Shown: in pieces, positions 26,891-37,950 of the stretch
Layout of the letters: each line of letters opens with the position of its first letter
Position numbering within the stretch: the stretch's first letter is position 1
Assembly: GCA_947630675.1 (NCBI GenBank)
Contig: CANRIN010000003.1
Span: 4,530 to 68,529, forward strand
Origin: an uncultured Clostridia bacterium
Lineage (GTDB): Bacteria; Bacillota; Clostridia; Oscillospirales; JAAYOS01
Direction of reading: 5' to 3'
DNA length: 64,000 nucleotides
The notes under the pieces: model-generated
Seen by the model: the letters and a program-made list of their open reading frames with translations, nothing else
The model's database searches: none
Told to the model about the DNA's origin: nothing
Position numbers and translations under genes: made by a program

Positions 26891-28117
26891 TCACTCTATG
26901 ACCTTGCCGTCGTAGAGGTGCTTGGACTGCACGATTATCTCGTCTCCGGGGCGTATCGAGCCGGCGCTGGAGGCGTCATAGTCCACGATGTAATAGTTCT
27001 CGGTCTCGTAGGCCGTAGAGATGTCAATTTTTACGAAGTTCGTCTGCATTGCCACGAGCGTGTACACCCCGGCGTTCCCTTCCTCGTCCACGCGGACGGC
27101 GGCCTTCGGCACGCGCACGCCCTCGTACTCGCGCAGGACAAGCTCCGCCTGTTCGCGGCGGAGACCTATCACCGGCGTGATGTCGGTGGCACAGGAGAAC
27201 ACGACGGCGCACTCGCCGTCCTGCGGCTCGCCTATCTGGTACACGCGGACGCGCACCTCCCCGGTGAAGTCGCCGTCAAAGCGCATGGTCACCCAGCTGC
27301 CCTCGGTGAGCTGCTTTGCGTCCTGCTCCTTCATCGCACTGACAAACCGCCAGCCGAAGCTTGTCACAAGCCTGCCGCAGCTGCCTTCGCCGCTGACACC
27401 GGCGGTCTCGAGCGCGTGGATGTCGGCGGGCGTCATGTCGAGTACCGAGTCAAAGGTGAGCATGTCTTCATACCCGTCCGCCGAGGAGGAGAAGTATCCG
27501 CTCCTGTCCGCATAGACCGATATTTCCGACCCGCTCAGGTTCGCCTCGAGCCGGCTCCGCTCGTCTTTCAGGTCCTCAAGCGCTTCCTCGAGCATGTCCT
27601 CGCCATAGCGCCCGGAGGAGTAGTCGCGGCGCAGTATGAGCGTTCCGAGCTCGCCGGCGTCCTCGGCGGCGTCATCAAACGCGCCGACCGACACTCTATA
27701 TGCGAGGTCGGATATCCTGCTTTCCAGCTCCTCGTTGATGCGGTTGATGTCGCCCACGCCGCTCTCGCCCTTGGCAGTCTCGAGCTCGGCTATTCTTGCG
27801 TCCAGCTCGTCTATGCGCTCTCTTGCCCGTCTGCCCTCCACACTCGTGTAGCTGACTATGAGGCTCGCACCTTCAGAGACCTTCTCGCCCTCGTTCCGCA
27901 CGGCAAGCGTCGCGCCGCTCGAAGCGGCATAGAGCCGCTTTTCGCTGCGCGCGAACCACCCGTCTATCGCGACGGTGTCCTCCGCCGTGGCGAGGACCGC
28001 TTCGGCGGTTTCGAGCGGGTTTGACAGCGCGCTGATTATGTACACCGTCATGTATGCCACGACGGCGAGCACTATCACCGCGCTGATTATTTTAGTTGCA
28101 AGCTCGGCTTTCCGCAA
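26891..28117 (-). CDS. HlyD/membrane-fusion-like membrane protein
   Basis: 408 aa with one N-terminal TM, a central coiled-coil (RRARERIDELDARIAELETAK...) and a beta-rich C-terminus. The start is 3 nt from the hfq stop. The family call is weak. Confidence 0.4.
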   Translation of the reverse strand: MRKAELATKIISAVIVLAVVAYMTVYIISALSNPLETAEAVLATAEDTVAIDGWFARSEKRLYAASSGATLAVRNEGEKVSEGASLIVSYTSVEGRRARERIDELDARIAELETAKGESGVGDINRINEELESRISDLAYRVSVGAFDDAAEDAGELGTLILRRDYSSGRYGEDMLEEALEDLKDERSRLEANLSGSEISVYADRSGYFSSSADGYEDMLTFDSVLDMTPADIHALETAGVSGEGSCGRLVTSFGWRFVSAMKEQDAKQLTEGSWVTMRFDGDFTGEVRVRVYQIGEPQDGECAVVFSCATDITPVIGLRREQAELVLREYEGVRVPKAAVRVDEEGNAGVYTLVAMQTNFVKIDISTAYETENYYIVDYDASSAGSIRPGDEIIVQSKHLYDGKVIE

Positions 28118-28119
28118 TC

Positions 28120-28362
28120 TTACTCTCCGTCCTCCTCATCGGCTGCGCCGGCGAAGTTTATCGGCGAGGCCGGTATCATCGTGGATATGGCGTGCTTGTA
28201 GACGACCTGCTGCTTGCCGTCCGAGTCGACAACGACGACAAAGCTGTCAAAGCACACGACCCTGCCCTTCATCTGTACCCCGTTCATCAGGAAGATGGTG
28301 AGCGGGATGCGCTGGATGCGCGCCTGGTTCAAGAAATAATCCTGTGTGTTCTGCTTCTTCAT
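28120..28362 (-). CDS. hfq: RNA chaperone Hfq
   Basis: 80 aa with Sm1/Sm2 motifs ([39 protein letters not shown]...VYKHAISTM). Confidence 0.95.
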   Translation of the reverse strand: MKKQNTQDYFLNQARIQRIPLTIFLMNGVQMKGRVVCFDSFVVVVDSDGKQQVVYKHAISTMIPASPINFAGAADEEDGE

Positions 28363-28415
28363 ACGGGTTTTCCTTTCTCTAATACATTGCTGTATTTGTG
28401 CTCGTCTGTTCGAGG

Positions 28416-29369
28416 CTATTTTTCGCGGCGCTCTACGCCGCTATTATACAGAAAATCCTCCGCAAACGCCGTCGAACGGCGTACTATCGAAGTGAACTCC
28501 TCCTCGTCGCGGTAGAACCACTTCACCGCCCGGTCGCGGCGGAACCACGTGAGTTGCCTCTTCGCATAGCGGCGCGTCGCGCGCTTCAGCCGTTCGACGC
28601 ACTCGGGATATTCTTCCGGACGGTCTAGCGCGGGCAGCAGCTCCTTGTAGCCTATCGCCTGGAGCGCGGTCGCCGCGCCCTCGCACTTCAGCCGCGCCGC
28701 TTCGTCCAAAAGTCCCGCGCGAAGCATTTCGTCCACGCGCAGGTCTATCCTGCGGTACAGCTCCGCCCGCTCGCGGAAGTCAAGACCGATCTTCAGCGCC
28801 TCGAAGCGGGGCGGCGAAGTCTTGGACGCCGCATCGTGCTCGGAGATGCTCCCGCCCGAAAACGACACCTCGAGCGCGCGGACGATACGCTTCAAATCGT
28901 TGGGATGTATGCGTTCCGCCGCCTTCGGGTCTCTCGCGCGAAGCAGCCTGTGCAGTCGCTCGGAGCCGTATTTTGTCCCCAAATCATTGAGTCTTTTTCG
29001 TATTATATCACAATTTTCCGCCGTTGAAAAGCCCCGTCCGAGAATTAATGAATCCATGTAAAGGCCGGTGCCTCCGGCAACTATCGCGGTGCGGCCGCGC
29101 GAGAGTATTCCTTCTATCGCCTCAGTCGCCTCCGCGACGTAGCGCGCGGCGGAGTAGCTCTCGCCCGCGTCGCACACGTCTATCATGTGGTGCGGCACGC
29201 CGCGCATCTCCTCCCGCGTCGGCTTTGCCGTGCCGATGTCGAGGCCGCGGTATATCTGCATCGAGTCGCACCCGACGACCTCTCCGCCGAGCGCCAGCGC
29301 CAGCTCGACCGCAAGCGCCGTCTTTCCGGACGCGGTCGGTCCGAGCACGCATATTATCTTCTCCGGCAT
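28416..29369 (-). CDS. miaA: tRNA dimethylallyltransferase
   Basis: 317 aa with a P-loop (GPTASGKT) and conserved MiaA segments ([22 protein letters not shown]). Confidence 0.95.
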   Translation of the reverse strand: MPEKIICVLGPTASGKTALAVELALALGGEVVGCDSMQIYRGLDIGTAKPTREEMRGVPHHMIDVCDAGESYSAARYVAEATEAIEGILSRGRTAIVAGGTGLYMDSLILGRGFSTAENCDIIRKRLNDLGTKYGSERLHRLLRARDPKAAERIHPNDLKRIVRALEVSFSGGSISEHDAASKTSPPRFEALKIGLDFRERAELYRRIDLRVDEMLRAGLLDEAARLKCEGAATALQAIGYKELLPALDRPEEYPECVERLKRATRRYAKRQLTWFRRDRAVKWFYRDEEEFTSIVRRSTAFAEDFLYNSGVERREK

Positions 29370-31414
29370 CAGACTCTCCTGTTTATCCGCCGCTCGAGCT
29401 CGGCGCGGCCGAGCACCGCCGCGACGGGGCGCCCGTGCGGGCAGAACTTCACGTCTCTATAACCCATGACGTGCCGGACGAGCTCGCGCCGCTCGGCGTC
29501 GGAGGTCACGGCGCCCGCCTTCATCGCCGCCTTGCAGGATATGAGCCGGAGCAGCTCTTCCCTCTGTTCGAGCATGTCCACTTTCCGGTGAGCCGCGAGG
29601 TCGTCCGCTATCTGTTCCAGCGTTCCCTGCGCGTCGTCGCGTTCGAGCTCGCCGGGCAGGGCGCGGACGGCGAAGCTCTCGCCGCCGATGTGCTCCATCT
29701 CAAATCCGAGGCCGCGTATGAGCCCGATGTTTTCGTTTATCGTCTCCGTCTCCTCGCGCGAAAACGTGAGTGCGAGCGGCGAGATGAGATACTGCACCAT
29801 CGGCTTCTCCCCCGCCGCTACCAGGCGGTCGAATATCATTCTTTCGTGGGCGGCGTGCTTGTCTATAAATACAAGCTCCTCCGCGTCCTCCACGAGTATA
29901 TACGTGCCGAACACCTCTCCGAGTATCCGCCACTCGGGTATGGCCGGCTCCTCGGCGGCGTGCACCGGCGGTGTCTGCACAGTACGCGGCGGATCTGTCG
30001 CGACGTTCCTCGCGTTCTCCTTCTCTGCCGCCTCCGTCTCCGTGCGTCTCTCATGCGGGAACGCGGGCGCGTCTTCCGCGCGCTCCGGCGCGGCTGTGCT
30101 TTCGGCCTCGGACGGAGCTTCCCCGGGTCCCTCCACCGTGACAGGGCGGATAAGGTGTACCTCGCCCGCGCCGAAGCTGAATCCCCGGTCATTCTCTCCG
30201 TGCCTCGGACGCGGCGGTTCGGGACGCGGTGCTGCGACATCCTCCGCGCGTGCGCTCTCGCCAACGCTCCGCGCGGGAGCGCTTTCGCGCTTCTCCGGTG
30301 CGCGGACGGCGGCGCTGCCGTGCGCCGTTCGGACAAATCCCGTTCCAAGGCCGAAGGTCTGCTGTTCGCCCGGAGTGTCCGCGTCGAACTTCAGCGCCGC
30401 ACGGGAGCCTATCTGCGAGCAGACGTCGCCCTCGTCTATCGCGGCGCGGACGGCGGTGTAGACCGCGCCGAACACCTCGCGCTCAAATGCGAACTTCACT
30501 TCGCTCTTTGCCGGGTGGACGTTCACGTCCACCGCCGCCGGGTTCAGCTCGATGTATATGACGCACGCGGGAAAGCGTCCCTGCACCATGCTGTTCCTGT
30601 AGCCCTGCTCGAGGGCGGCGGAGAGCAGGCGCGAGGATATCGGTCTTCCGTTGACGAAAAACTCCTGCTTTGTGCGGTTGCCGCGTCCAAACGCGGGCTT
30701 TGAGATAAATCCCGAGACCGTGACGCCGTCCTGGCTGTTCTTGACGGGCATAAGTCCCGCGGCAAACGTCGAGCCGAGCACGTCGTAGACAGCGGCGGCG
30801 GGGTCGCCCGTGCCGCGCGTCTGGAACTCGGTCTCTCCTTCGCGTATGAAGCGGAACGCTATGTCCGGGTGCGCAAGCGCGGCGGACGAGACCACCGCCG
30901 CCACTCTCGACGCCTCGCTCATGTCCCGCTTCAGGAACTTCATCCGCGCCGGGGTGTTGTAGAAAAGCTCCTCGACGATGATGCTCGTCCCCTCGGGGCA
31001 TCCTGCGCTCTCGACGGGGCCTCCCGCGCCTCCCGCTATGCGGTACTCCGCGCCCTCCGCCGCGCCGCGTGTGCGGGTGAGCAGCCGCACCTTCGCAACG
31101 GCGGCTATCGACGCCAATGCCTCGCCGCGAAAGCCCATCGTCTCTATCTTCTCGAGGTCCCGTGCTTCGCGCACCTTCGAGGTCGCGTGGCGCAGGAACG
31201 CGGTCGGGATGTCCTCGGGAAATATGCCGTCTCCGTCGTCGGTGACACGGATGTACTGAAGTCCGCCGCGACGTATCTCGACCGCGACGCGCTTCGCCCC
31301 CGCGTCCACCGAGTTCTCCACAAGCTCCTTGACCACCGACGCGGGTCTCTCGACCACCTCGCCCGCGGCTATCAGATCCGCTATATGCGGCTCCAGCTCA
31401 TGTATGCGTCCCAT
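29369..31414 (-). CDS. mutL: DNA mismatch repair protein MutL
   Basis: 681 aa with a GHKL ATPase N-terminus (IAAGEVVERPASVVKELVENSVDAG), a low-complexity linker and a MutL C-terminal dimerisation domain. Confidence 0.95.
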   Translation of the reverse strand: MGRIHELEPHIADLIAAGEVVERPASVVKELVENSVDAGAKRVAVEIRRGGLQYIRVTDDGDGIFPEDIPTAFLRHATSKVREARDLEKIETMGFRGEALASIAAVAKVRLLTRTRGAAEGAEYRIAGGAGGPVESAGCPEGTSIIVEELFYNTPARMKFLKRDMSEASRVAAVVSSAALAHPDIAFRFIREGETEFQTRGTGDPAAAVYDVLGSTFAAGLMPVKNSQDGVTVSGFISKPAFGRGNRTKQEFFVNGRPISSRLLSAALEQGYRNSMVQGRFPACVIYIELNPAAVDVNVHPAKSEVKFAFEREVFGAVYTAVRAAIDEGDVCSQIGSRAALKFDADTPGEQQTFGLGTGFVRTAHGSAAVRAPEKRESAPARSVGESARAEDVAAPRPEPPRPRHGENDRGFSFGAGEVHLIRPVTVEGPGEAPSEAESTAAPERAEDAPAFPHERRTETEAAEKENARNVATDPPRTVQTPPVHAAEEPAIPEWRILGEVFGTYILVEDAEELVFIDKHAAHERMIFDRLVAAGEKPMVQYLISPLALTFSREETETINENIGLIRGLGFEMEHIGGESFAVRALPGELERDDAQGTLEQIADDLAAHRKVDMLEQREELLRLISCKAAMKAGAVTSDAERRELVRHVMGYRDVKFCPHGRPVAAVLGRAELERRINRRV

Positions 31415-31446
31415 AAATCACGCTCCTCTGCGGCGGCGTGCGCCGC

Positions 31447-34056
31447 CTATTCGGTCTCCTTTGCCCGCGAGACGAACTCCGCGAGCTTCTGCCACGCCTC
31501 GTAGGGGGAGAGCGCGTTCGGGTCTATCCTCGCGAGCTCTCCGGAGAGGGCGGACGCCGAGACGCTGCCGAGCGACATCTGCCCGTCGTCCTCTCCGCGC
31601 GCCCGTGCGGAGACGGGCTCCTCCCTCGCGCCGCTCTCGAGCGAGCCGAGGATCTTCCGGGCCCGCGCGATAAGCTCGTCCGGAAGCCCCGCGAGCTTTG
31701 CCACCTCCACGCCGTAGCTGTCGTCCGCTCCTCCGCGAACTATCTTGCGGAGGAAAATTATACCGTCGCCGCGCTTCTTGACGGCGATGTTGTAGTTCTT
31801 CACGCCCTCAAGCTCGTCCTCCATGACGGTGAGCTCGTGGTAGTGCGTTGCAAACATCGTCTTTGCTCCTATCCGTGTGCGGTCGGCGACCCACTCGAGC
31901 ACCGCGCGGGCTATCGCCATTCCGTCGAAGGTGGAGGTCCCGCGCCCTATCTCGTCAAGAATGAGCAGACTCCGCCTCGTAGCGTTTTTCAGTATCTCCG
32001 CCACCTCGCTCATCTCGACCATGAAGGTCGAGCGCCCGCTTGCGAGGTCGTCCGACGCGCCGATACGTGTGAACACGCGGTCGACAATGCCTATCTGCGC
32101 CTCGCGCGCCGGAACGAAGCTGCCGGCCTGCGCCATTATGACTATCAGCGCCGCCTGGCGCATGTACGTGCTCTTGCCCGCCATATTGGGTCCCGTGATT
32201 ATCGCGACGGTGTTCGCGCCGCAGTCGAGCTCGAGGTCGTTCGGCACGAACAGTCCGCCGTCGAGCATCTTTTCGACGACAGGGTGACGCCCGTCCCGAA
32301 TGACGAGTCTCTCTCCCATGTCGACCGTTGGGCGGCAGTAGTTCTCCGACTGTGCGGCTGCGGCGAAGCTCGCGAGCGCGTCCGCAGACGCGACGGCGTG
32401 CGCCGTCTCCTGCACTCTCTCTGCCGCGAGCGCTATCCTGTCCCGGAGCTCGCAGAAAAGCTCGTACTCGAGCGCGGAGACGCGCTCGGAGGCAGTGAGT
32501 ATCTCGCTCTCGAGGTTTTTCAGCTCCTCGGTTATGTAGCGCTCGCGGTCGACGAGCGTCTGCTTGCGTATGTAGTCCTCCGGTACCTTCTCTGCCCCGG
32601 AGCGCCTGACCTCTATGTAGTAGCCGAATACCTTGTTATAGCCTATCTTCAGCGTGCGGATGCCGGTCCGCTCGCGCTCGCGCTCCTCTATGGCAAGCGT
32701 CTCTCCGCGTCCGCCCTGGCATATCCGGCGCAGGCGCGCGACCTCCGGCGAGAACTCGTCGCGTATGAGTCCACCGTCCCGAAGGGCAAGGGGCGGCTCG
32801 TCCACAAGCGTTGCCTCGATGTCGGATATGATGTCCTCGAGCGGGTCTACCCTCTCGGAGAGCTCGCGCAGGAGCGGACTTTCCGTCTTTGAAAGCATCT
32901 CCCTCACCGGCGCGAGGTGGCGCGCAGAGTCCGCGAGCGCGCGGAGCTCCCGCGCGCCGACCGTCCCGGCGCTTATCCGCGTCATGACGCGCTCGAGGTC
33001 GCAGATGCTTTTAAGCTCCTCCGCGAGCGCGTCCCGAAGCGGCGTGGCCGTGACGAGCTCGCCCACGGCCTCGTGGCGGCGGGTTATCCGCGCGACGTCC
33101 ACAAGCGGCCGCTCGAGCCACGAGCGCAGGAGCCGCGCGCCCATCGCGGTCTTTGTTCTGTCGAGGACGTGCAGGAGGCTCCCGTGCTTCTCGCCCGTCC
33201 GCATAGACGCCGTGAGCTCGAGGTTCCGCCGAGCGGTCTGGTCGAGCTCCATGAAGCTCCTCGAACGGTAGCACTCGAGGTGGCGGATGTGCGACGCTGT
33301 GCTCTTCTGCGTGAGGTAGATGTAATGGAGGAGCGAGCCGACCGCCTCCGGCGCGGGAGTGTTCTCTATCGTACCTGCTCCCTCGCCGAACTTCTCGCGG
33401 CAGGCGCGCTCTGCGGCGTCCTTGTCCGCCTGCGAGACGGTGACGAGCGCCCGGTCAAAGCGCTCTATCCAGCGCTTCACCCTCGGAAGCTCCTCGTCGT
33501 CCCGAAGTATCAGCTCGCGCGGGTCGTAGCGGGAGATCTCATTCTGGACCGATATGCCGAGCTCGTCAAGTGAGTCGGACGAAACCGACGTGGCATAGAA
33601 CTCGCCCGTCGAGAAGTCGCAGAATGCGAGCCCCGCCGTACACTTGGCCCTGTTGACCGCGACCGAGCCGATGAAGTTGTTCCTCGCGTCGTCAAGAGCT
33701 CCCGCCATCGTCGCGGTACCGGGCGTGACCGTCCTCAGCACCTCGCGCTCGACAAGACCCTTCGCGAGCTTCGGGTCCTCCATCTGTTCGCATATCGCGA
33801 CCTTGTAGCCCTTGGTTATGAGGCGTGCTATGTATCCGTCCACCGAGTGCGCCGGAACGCCGCACATCGGCACCTGCAGCTCCTTCGGCGCGTTCCTGTC
33901 GCGCGTGGTGAGCATGAGGTCGAGTTCCTTTGCCGCGGTCTTTGCGTCCTCGTCGAACATCTCGTAGAAGTCGCCGAGCCGGAAGAACAGGAGGCTGTCC
34001 GGGTACTGCGCCTTCATCGCGGCGTACTGCTTCATCATCGGGGTATCTATCGGCAT
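31447..34056 (-). CDS. mutS: DNA mismatch repair protein MutS
   Basis: 869 aa; TPMMKQY...FFRLGDFYEMF mismatch-binding N-terminus, Walker A GPNMAGKST, DEIGRGTST. Confidence 0.97.
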   Translation of the reverse strand: MPIDTPMMKQYAAMKAQYPDSLLFFRLGDFYEMFDEDAKTAAKELDLMLTTRDRNAPKELQVPMCGVPAHSVDGYIARLITKGYKVAICEQMEDPKLAKGLVEREVLRTVTPGTATMAGALDDARNNFIGSVAVNRAKCTAGLAFCDFSTGEFYATSVSSDSLDELGISVQNEISRYDPRELILRDDEELPRVKRWIERFDRALVTVSQADKDAAERACREKFGEGAGTIENTPAPEAVGSLLHYIYLTQKSTASHIRHLECYRSRSFMELDQTARRNLELTASMRTGEKHGSLLHVLDRTKTAMGARLLRSWLERPLVDVARITRRHEAVGELVTATPLRDALAEELKSICDLERVMTRISAGTVGARELRALADSARHLAPVREMLSKTESPLLRELSERVDPLEDIISDIEATLVDEPPLALRDGGLIRDEFSPEVARLRRICQGGRGETLAIEERERERTGIRTLKIGYNKVFGYYIEVRRSGAEKVPEDYIRKQTLVDRERYITEELKNLESEILTASERVSALEYELFCELRDRIALAAERVQETAHAVASADALASFAAAAQSENYCRPTVDMGERLVIRDGRHPVVEKMLDGGLFVPNDLELDCGANTVAIITGPNMAGKSTYMRQAALIVIMAQAGSFVPAREAQIGIVDRVFTRIGASDDLASGRSTFMVEMSEVAEILKNATRRSLLILDEIGRGTSTFDGMAIARAVLEWVADRTRIGAKTMFATHYHELTVMEDELEGVKNYNIAVKKRGDGIIFLRKIVRGGADDSYGVEVAKLAGLPDELIARARKILGSLESGAREEPVSARARGEDDGQMSLGSVSASALSGELARIDPNALSPYEAWQKLAEFVSRAKETE

Positions 34057-34074
34057 ACCGTCACCTCCCTCCGT

Positions 34075-35460
34075 TTACGCGAGCTCGGCCATGAGCGAGA
34101 AGGTGCTTACGCCCGTCACCTTCACCTCGCGCCACTCGCCTATAAGCTCCGGGGAACCCTTGAGGCTGACGAGCCGCCCGTCCTGCGTGCGGGCGGTGAG
34201 GTTGAGTTCGCCCGTGCGGCTCTCGCCGTCTATGTGTACGCGCATCGTCCTTCCGACGAGCGGCGCGCGATCCTCGAGCGTGATCGAGTCCTGAAGGGCG
34301 TTCAGTCTGCGGAACCGCTCGACCTTCTCCGCGTGAGTCACGGGGTCGGGCATCTCTGCGGCGGGCGTACCGGAGCGCTTGGAGTAGATGAACGTAAAGA
34401 GCGAGTCATACCGGACGCGGCGCACGAGGTCGAGCGTCCGCTCGAAGTCCTCCTCGCTCTCGTCCGGGAACCCGATTATGATGTCGCTTGTGAATATCAC
34501 GCCGGGTATCTTCTCCCGCGCGTAGTCAATGAGCGAAATATAGTGCTCCGCCGTGTAGCGGCGGTTCATGCGGCGGAGTATCTCATCCGAGCCGGACTGC
34601 ACCGGCAGGTGTATGTGCCGCTCCACCTTCGGGTGGGAGGCTATGACGTCTATCAGCTCATGCGAGCAGTCCTTGGGGTGGCTCGTCATGAATCGGAGCA
34701 CGAAGTCGCCTTCGAGCTCGGCGCAGGCGGCAAGCAGCTCCGCAAAGCTCTTCCCGCCGCCGGAGTAGCTGTTGACGTTCTGCCCGAGGAGCATGATGTC
34801 GTGGCAGCCGCTCTCCGAGAGTTCCTTCACCTCCCGTATGACGTCCTCGGGAAGGCGGCTCCGCTCCCGTCCCCGCACATACGGGACGATGCAGTAGGAG
34901 CAGAAGTTGTTGCAGCCGTACATTATCGAGACGTGCGCCTTGTACGGCGACGTCCTCACGACCGGCAGCTCTTCCGCAATCCGGCTGTCCGGCTCGCTGT
35001 CCTCGATTATCCGCCCTCCGTCCTCGTATAGGCGGAGCAGCGTCTCCGGCAGGCGCCAGAAGGAAGTGGTGTCGAGCAACGCGTCGACATGGCGGTAGCT
35101 CCGCCTCACCTTCTCGCGCACGGTCTCCTCGCCCGCCATGCAGCCGGCGAGGATTATCTTCATGTTCGGATTTTCCTTCTTCGTGTGGGTCATGTGGCCG
35201 AGGTTGCCGAAGACCCGCTGCTCGGCGTGCTCGCGCACGGCGCAGGAGTTTATCACGACGACGTCGGCGTGCTCGTCCGAGACGAGCATGTACCCCATGT
35301 CGCGGAGCATTCCGCGCATCCGCTCGCTGTCCGCCTCGTTCTGCTGGCAGCCGTAGGTGTCGACCCACGCGGTCTCGCCCGCGTGGACGGCGCGGACGCG
35401 CTCCGCGCACTCGCGCTGGTATTCAAGTTCCTTTTCGCTTACAAACGTTTTTCTTTCCAC
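34075..35460 (-). CDS. miaB: tRNA-i6A37 methylthiotransferase MiaB
   Basis: 461 aa with a UPF0004 N-domain (YGCQQNEADSE), a radical-SAM CNNFCSYC motif and a C-terminal TRAM domain. It occupies the conserved position upstream of mutS. Confidence 0.9.
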   Translation of the reverse strand: MERKTFVSEKELEYQRECAERVRAVHAGETAWVDTYGCQQNEADSERMRGMLRDMGYMLVSDEHADVVVINSCAVREHAEQRVFGNLGHMTHTKKENPNMKIILAGCMAGEETVREKVRRSYRHVDALLDTTSFWRLPETLLRLYEDGGRIIEDSEPDSRIAEELPVVRTSPYKAHVSIMYGCNNFCSYCIVPYVRGRERSRLPEDVIREVKELSESGCHDIMLLGQNVNSYSGGGKSFAELLAACAELEGDFVLRFMTSHPKDCSHELIDVIASHPKVERHIHLPVQSGSDEILRRMNRRYTAEHYISLIDYAREKIPGVIFTSDIIIGFPDESEEDFERTLDLVRRVRYDSLFTFIYSKRSGTPAAEMPDPVTHAEKVERFRRLNALQDSITLEDRAPLVGRTMRVHIDGESRTGELNLTARTQDGRLVSLKGSPELIGEWREVKVTGVSTFSLMAELA

Positions 35461-35480
35461 TTCAGTTCACCCAGACAAAG

Positions 35481-36740
35481 TTACTTCTCGAGCTTGAGGC
35501 CGAGCAGCGCCCGGCGCAGCATATCGAGCGCCGTAGTCGCGGCGTTCGAGCGGACGCGTTCGCGCCCTCCGGCGCGCCCGAAGGTGCACTCGCGCACCAC
35601 CTCGATGTCTTTTCCCGCGGCGGCGATGTACACGAGCCCCATCGGCTTCGACTCGCTCTCGGACGGTCCCGCGACGCCGGTGAGCGCGACGGCGAAATCC
35701 GCCCCCGTTCTCTCCCGCGCGCCGCGCGCCATCTCCGCCGCGGTCTCGCGCGAGACGGCGCCGAACTTTTCAAGCGTCTCCTCCTTCACGCCGAGGAGCC
35801 GCGTCTTCATCTCGTTTGAGTAGCAGACGGCGCCGCCGAGGTACACCCTGCTCGCGCCGGGCACGGAGGTTATCCGTTCGCCAACGAGGCCGCCGGTGCA
35901 GCTCTCCGCCGTCGCTATCGTCTTGCCCTGCTCGGCAAACAGCTCGACGACGCGCGCCTCGAGGCTCTCGGCGTCGACGCCGTAGACCACGTCTCCGAGC
36001 CGGCTGCACATGTCCTGAACGACCGGCTCGGTCATGGCATAGGCCTCCTCCTTCGTCGCGGCCTTCGCCGTCACGCGGAGCAGGCACTCCCCGACCTTGG
36101 CGTAGGGAGCGACGGTCGGGTTTGTCATCTTCTCTATTATCGGGCGGAGCATCGCTTCCATCGGCGCTTCTCCGAGGCCGACGACGCGTATCGTGCGGCT
36201 GACGAGACACGCGTCGCTCTTCGACGCGAGCCACGGCATGGCGCACTCGCGCCACATCGGGAAGCACTCGCTCGGCGGGCCGGGGAGCATTATGACGCTC
36301 TTTCCGTCCTCCGTGTCGAACGCGACGCCCGGCGCGGTCCCCCACTCGTTTGTGAATACGGTGCATCCCTCCGGCAGCATCGCTTGCGAGTAGTTGTTCT
36401 CGGTGAGCTTTATCCCGCGGCGGCTGAAGTAGGTCTCTAGCCGCTTCACCGTCTCCTCGTGGCGGACGAGCCGCCGCCCGTAGCACTGCGAAACTGTCTC
36501 CTTCGTAATATCGTCGTATGTAGGCCCGAGACCGCCGGTGGTGATAAGCAGGTCGGCCCGGCTCTTCGCGAGCTCGACCGAGCGGCGTATCCGCTCGGGG
36601 TTGTCACCCACGACCGTCGTATAGTACAGGTTTATCCCGAGCTCGCTGAGACCCTCGCTTATGACCTGTGCGTCGGTATTTATTATGTCGCCGAGCAGCA
36701 GCTCGGTGCCTATCGAAAGTATTTCCGCAGTTATTGACAT
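35481..36740 (-). CDS. cinA: Competence/damage-inducible protein CinA (MoCF-binding + NMN amidohydrolase domains)
   Basis: 419 aa; MSITAEILSIGTELLLGDIINTDAQ... N-terminus and a CinA C-terminal domain (ESCTGGL). Confidence 0.9.
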   Translation of the reverse strand: MSITAEILSIGTELLLGDIINTDAQVISEGLSELGINLYYTTVVGDNPERIRRSVELAKSRADLLITTGGLGPTYDDITKETVSQCYGRRLVRHEETVKRLETYFSRRGIKLTENNYSQAMLPEGCTVFTNEWGTAPGVAFDTEDGKSVIMLPGPPSECFPMWRECAMPWLASKSDACLVSRTIRVVGLGEAPMEAMLRPIIEKMTNPTVAPYAKVGECLLRVTAKAATKEEAYAMTEPVVQDMCSRLGDVVYGVDAESLEARVVELFAEQGKTIATAESCTGGLVGERITSVPGASRVYLGGAVCYSNEMKTRLLGVKEETLEKFGAVSRETAAEMARGARERTGADFAVALTGVAGPSESESKPMGLVYIAAAGKDIEVVRECTFGRAGGRERVRSNAATTALDMLRRALLGLKLEK

Positions 36741-36753
36741 TTCGGTCTCCTCC

Positions 36754-37923
36754 TCAGCGCGATATTCTTATCTCCTCGACGTTCTCTACGGCTGTCCGCT
36801 CGAGCTCCGCAAGCTCCGCCGGCGCTTCCGCCTCCTCGACAAGCTCCAGCTTCGGGCGGGTGCGCGGATGCTTCGGAGTGAAAACCGTGCAGCAGTCCTC
36901 GTAGGGAAGTATCGAGGTGTCGTAGGTCCCGATCCGGCGCGACACCTTCACTATCTCTTCCTTGTCCATGCCTATCAGCGGCCGGAAGACCGGCATACCG
37001 ACGACCGACTCTGTGACGCCCATCGCAAGCGTCGTCTGGCTCGCGACCTGCCCGAGGCTCTCGCCGGTGATAAGGGCGGAGCAGGCGTTTTTCCTTGCTA
37101 TCGCCTCGGCTATGCGCATCATCGAGCGGCGCATTATCAGCGTGAAGTATTCCTCGGGGCAGCAGTCCCGTATCTTCTCCTGTATCGCCGTGAACGGAAC
37201 GACGTGCACCGTCATGTAACCGGTGTGGCGGACGAGTATTTTCGCGAGGTCGAGCACCTTCTGCTTTGCGCGCTCGCTCGTGTAGGGGTAGCTGAAGAAG
37301 TGGACGGCTTCGAGCCCGAGGCCGCGCCGCGCCATCATCCACGCCGCGACCGGGCTGTCTATACCGCCGGAGAGCAGCACGGCGGCGCGGCCGGCCGTCC
37401 CCTGTGGAAGTCCGCCCGCGCCGGGGACGGGGTCGGTATGTACATAAGCCGAGAGGTCGCGCACCTCGACGTAGACCGTCCTGTCCGGCTCGTAGACATC
37501 CACCCGCAGATGCGGGAACGCCTCGAGCACGGCGGCGCCGACGAGGCTGCTTATCTCCGGCGACTTCAGCGGGAAGCGCTTGTCCGAGCGCTTGCTTTCC
37601 ACCTTGAAGGTCTTCGCCGCCGAGAGCTCCGGCGCGAGCCGTTCACACGCGGCGCGGCATATCGCGTCTATATCCTTCTCACACGCATAGGCGCGGGAGA
37701 GCGAGACTATGCCGAACACCTTCCCCACCGTATCGAACGCCGCGGCGCAGTCGCAGGTCTCCTCCTCCGGCTCCACGTATACAGTGGACTGTATGGCGTA
37801 GACGTTGAACCTGCCGAGCGGACGCAGCCGCGCGCGTATGACGCGCAGCATCTTCGACTCAAACTGCCGGCGGTTGCCGCCCTTAAGGACGACCTCGCCC
37901 ATCTTTGCGAGTATCATTTCCAT
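36754..37923 (-). CDS. thiI: tRNA 4-thiouridine(8) synthase ThiI
   Basis: 389 aa with a THUMP domain and a PP-loop SGGIDSPVAAW. Confidence 0.92.
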   Translation of the reverse strand: MEMILAKMGEVVLKGGNRRQFESKMLRVIRARLRPLGRFNVYAIQSTVYVEPEEETCDCAAAFDTVGKVFGIVSLSRAYACEKDIDAICRAACERLAPELSAAKTFKVESKRSDKRFPLKSPEISSLVGAAVLEAFPHLRVDVYEPDRTVYVEVRDLSAYVHTDPVPGAGGLPQGTAGRAAVLLSGGIDSPVAAWMMARRGLGLEAVHFFSYPYTSERAKQKVLDLAKILVRHTGYMTVHVVPFTAIQEKIRDCCPEEYFTLIMRRSMMRIAEAIARKNACSALITGESLGQVASQTTLAMGVTESVVGMPVFRPLIGMDKEEIVKVSRRIGTYDTSILPYEDCCTVFTPKHPRTRPKLELVEEAEAPAELAELERTAVENVEEIRISR

Positions 37924-37950
37924 ATCCTTATACCTGCTTTACATAGTACT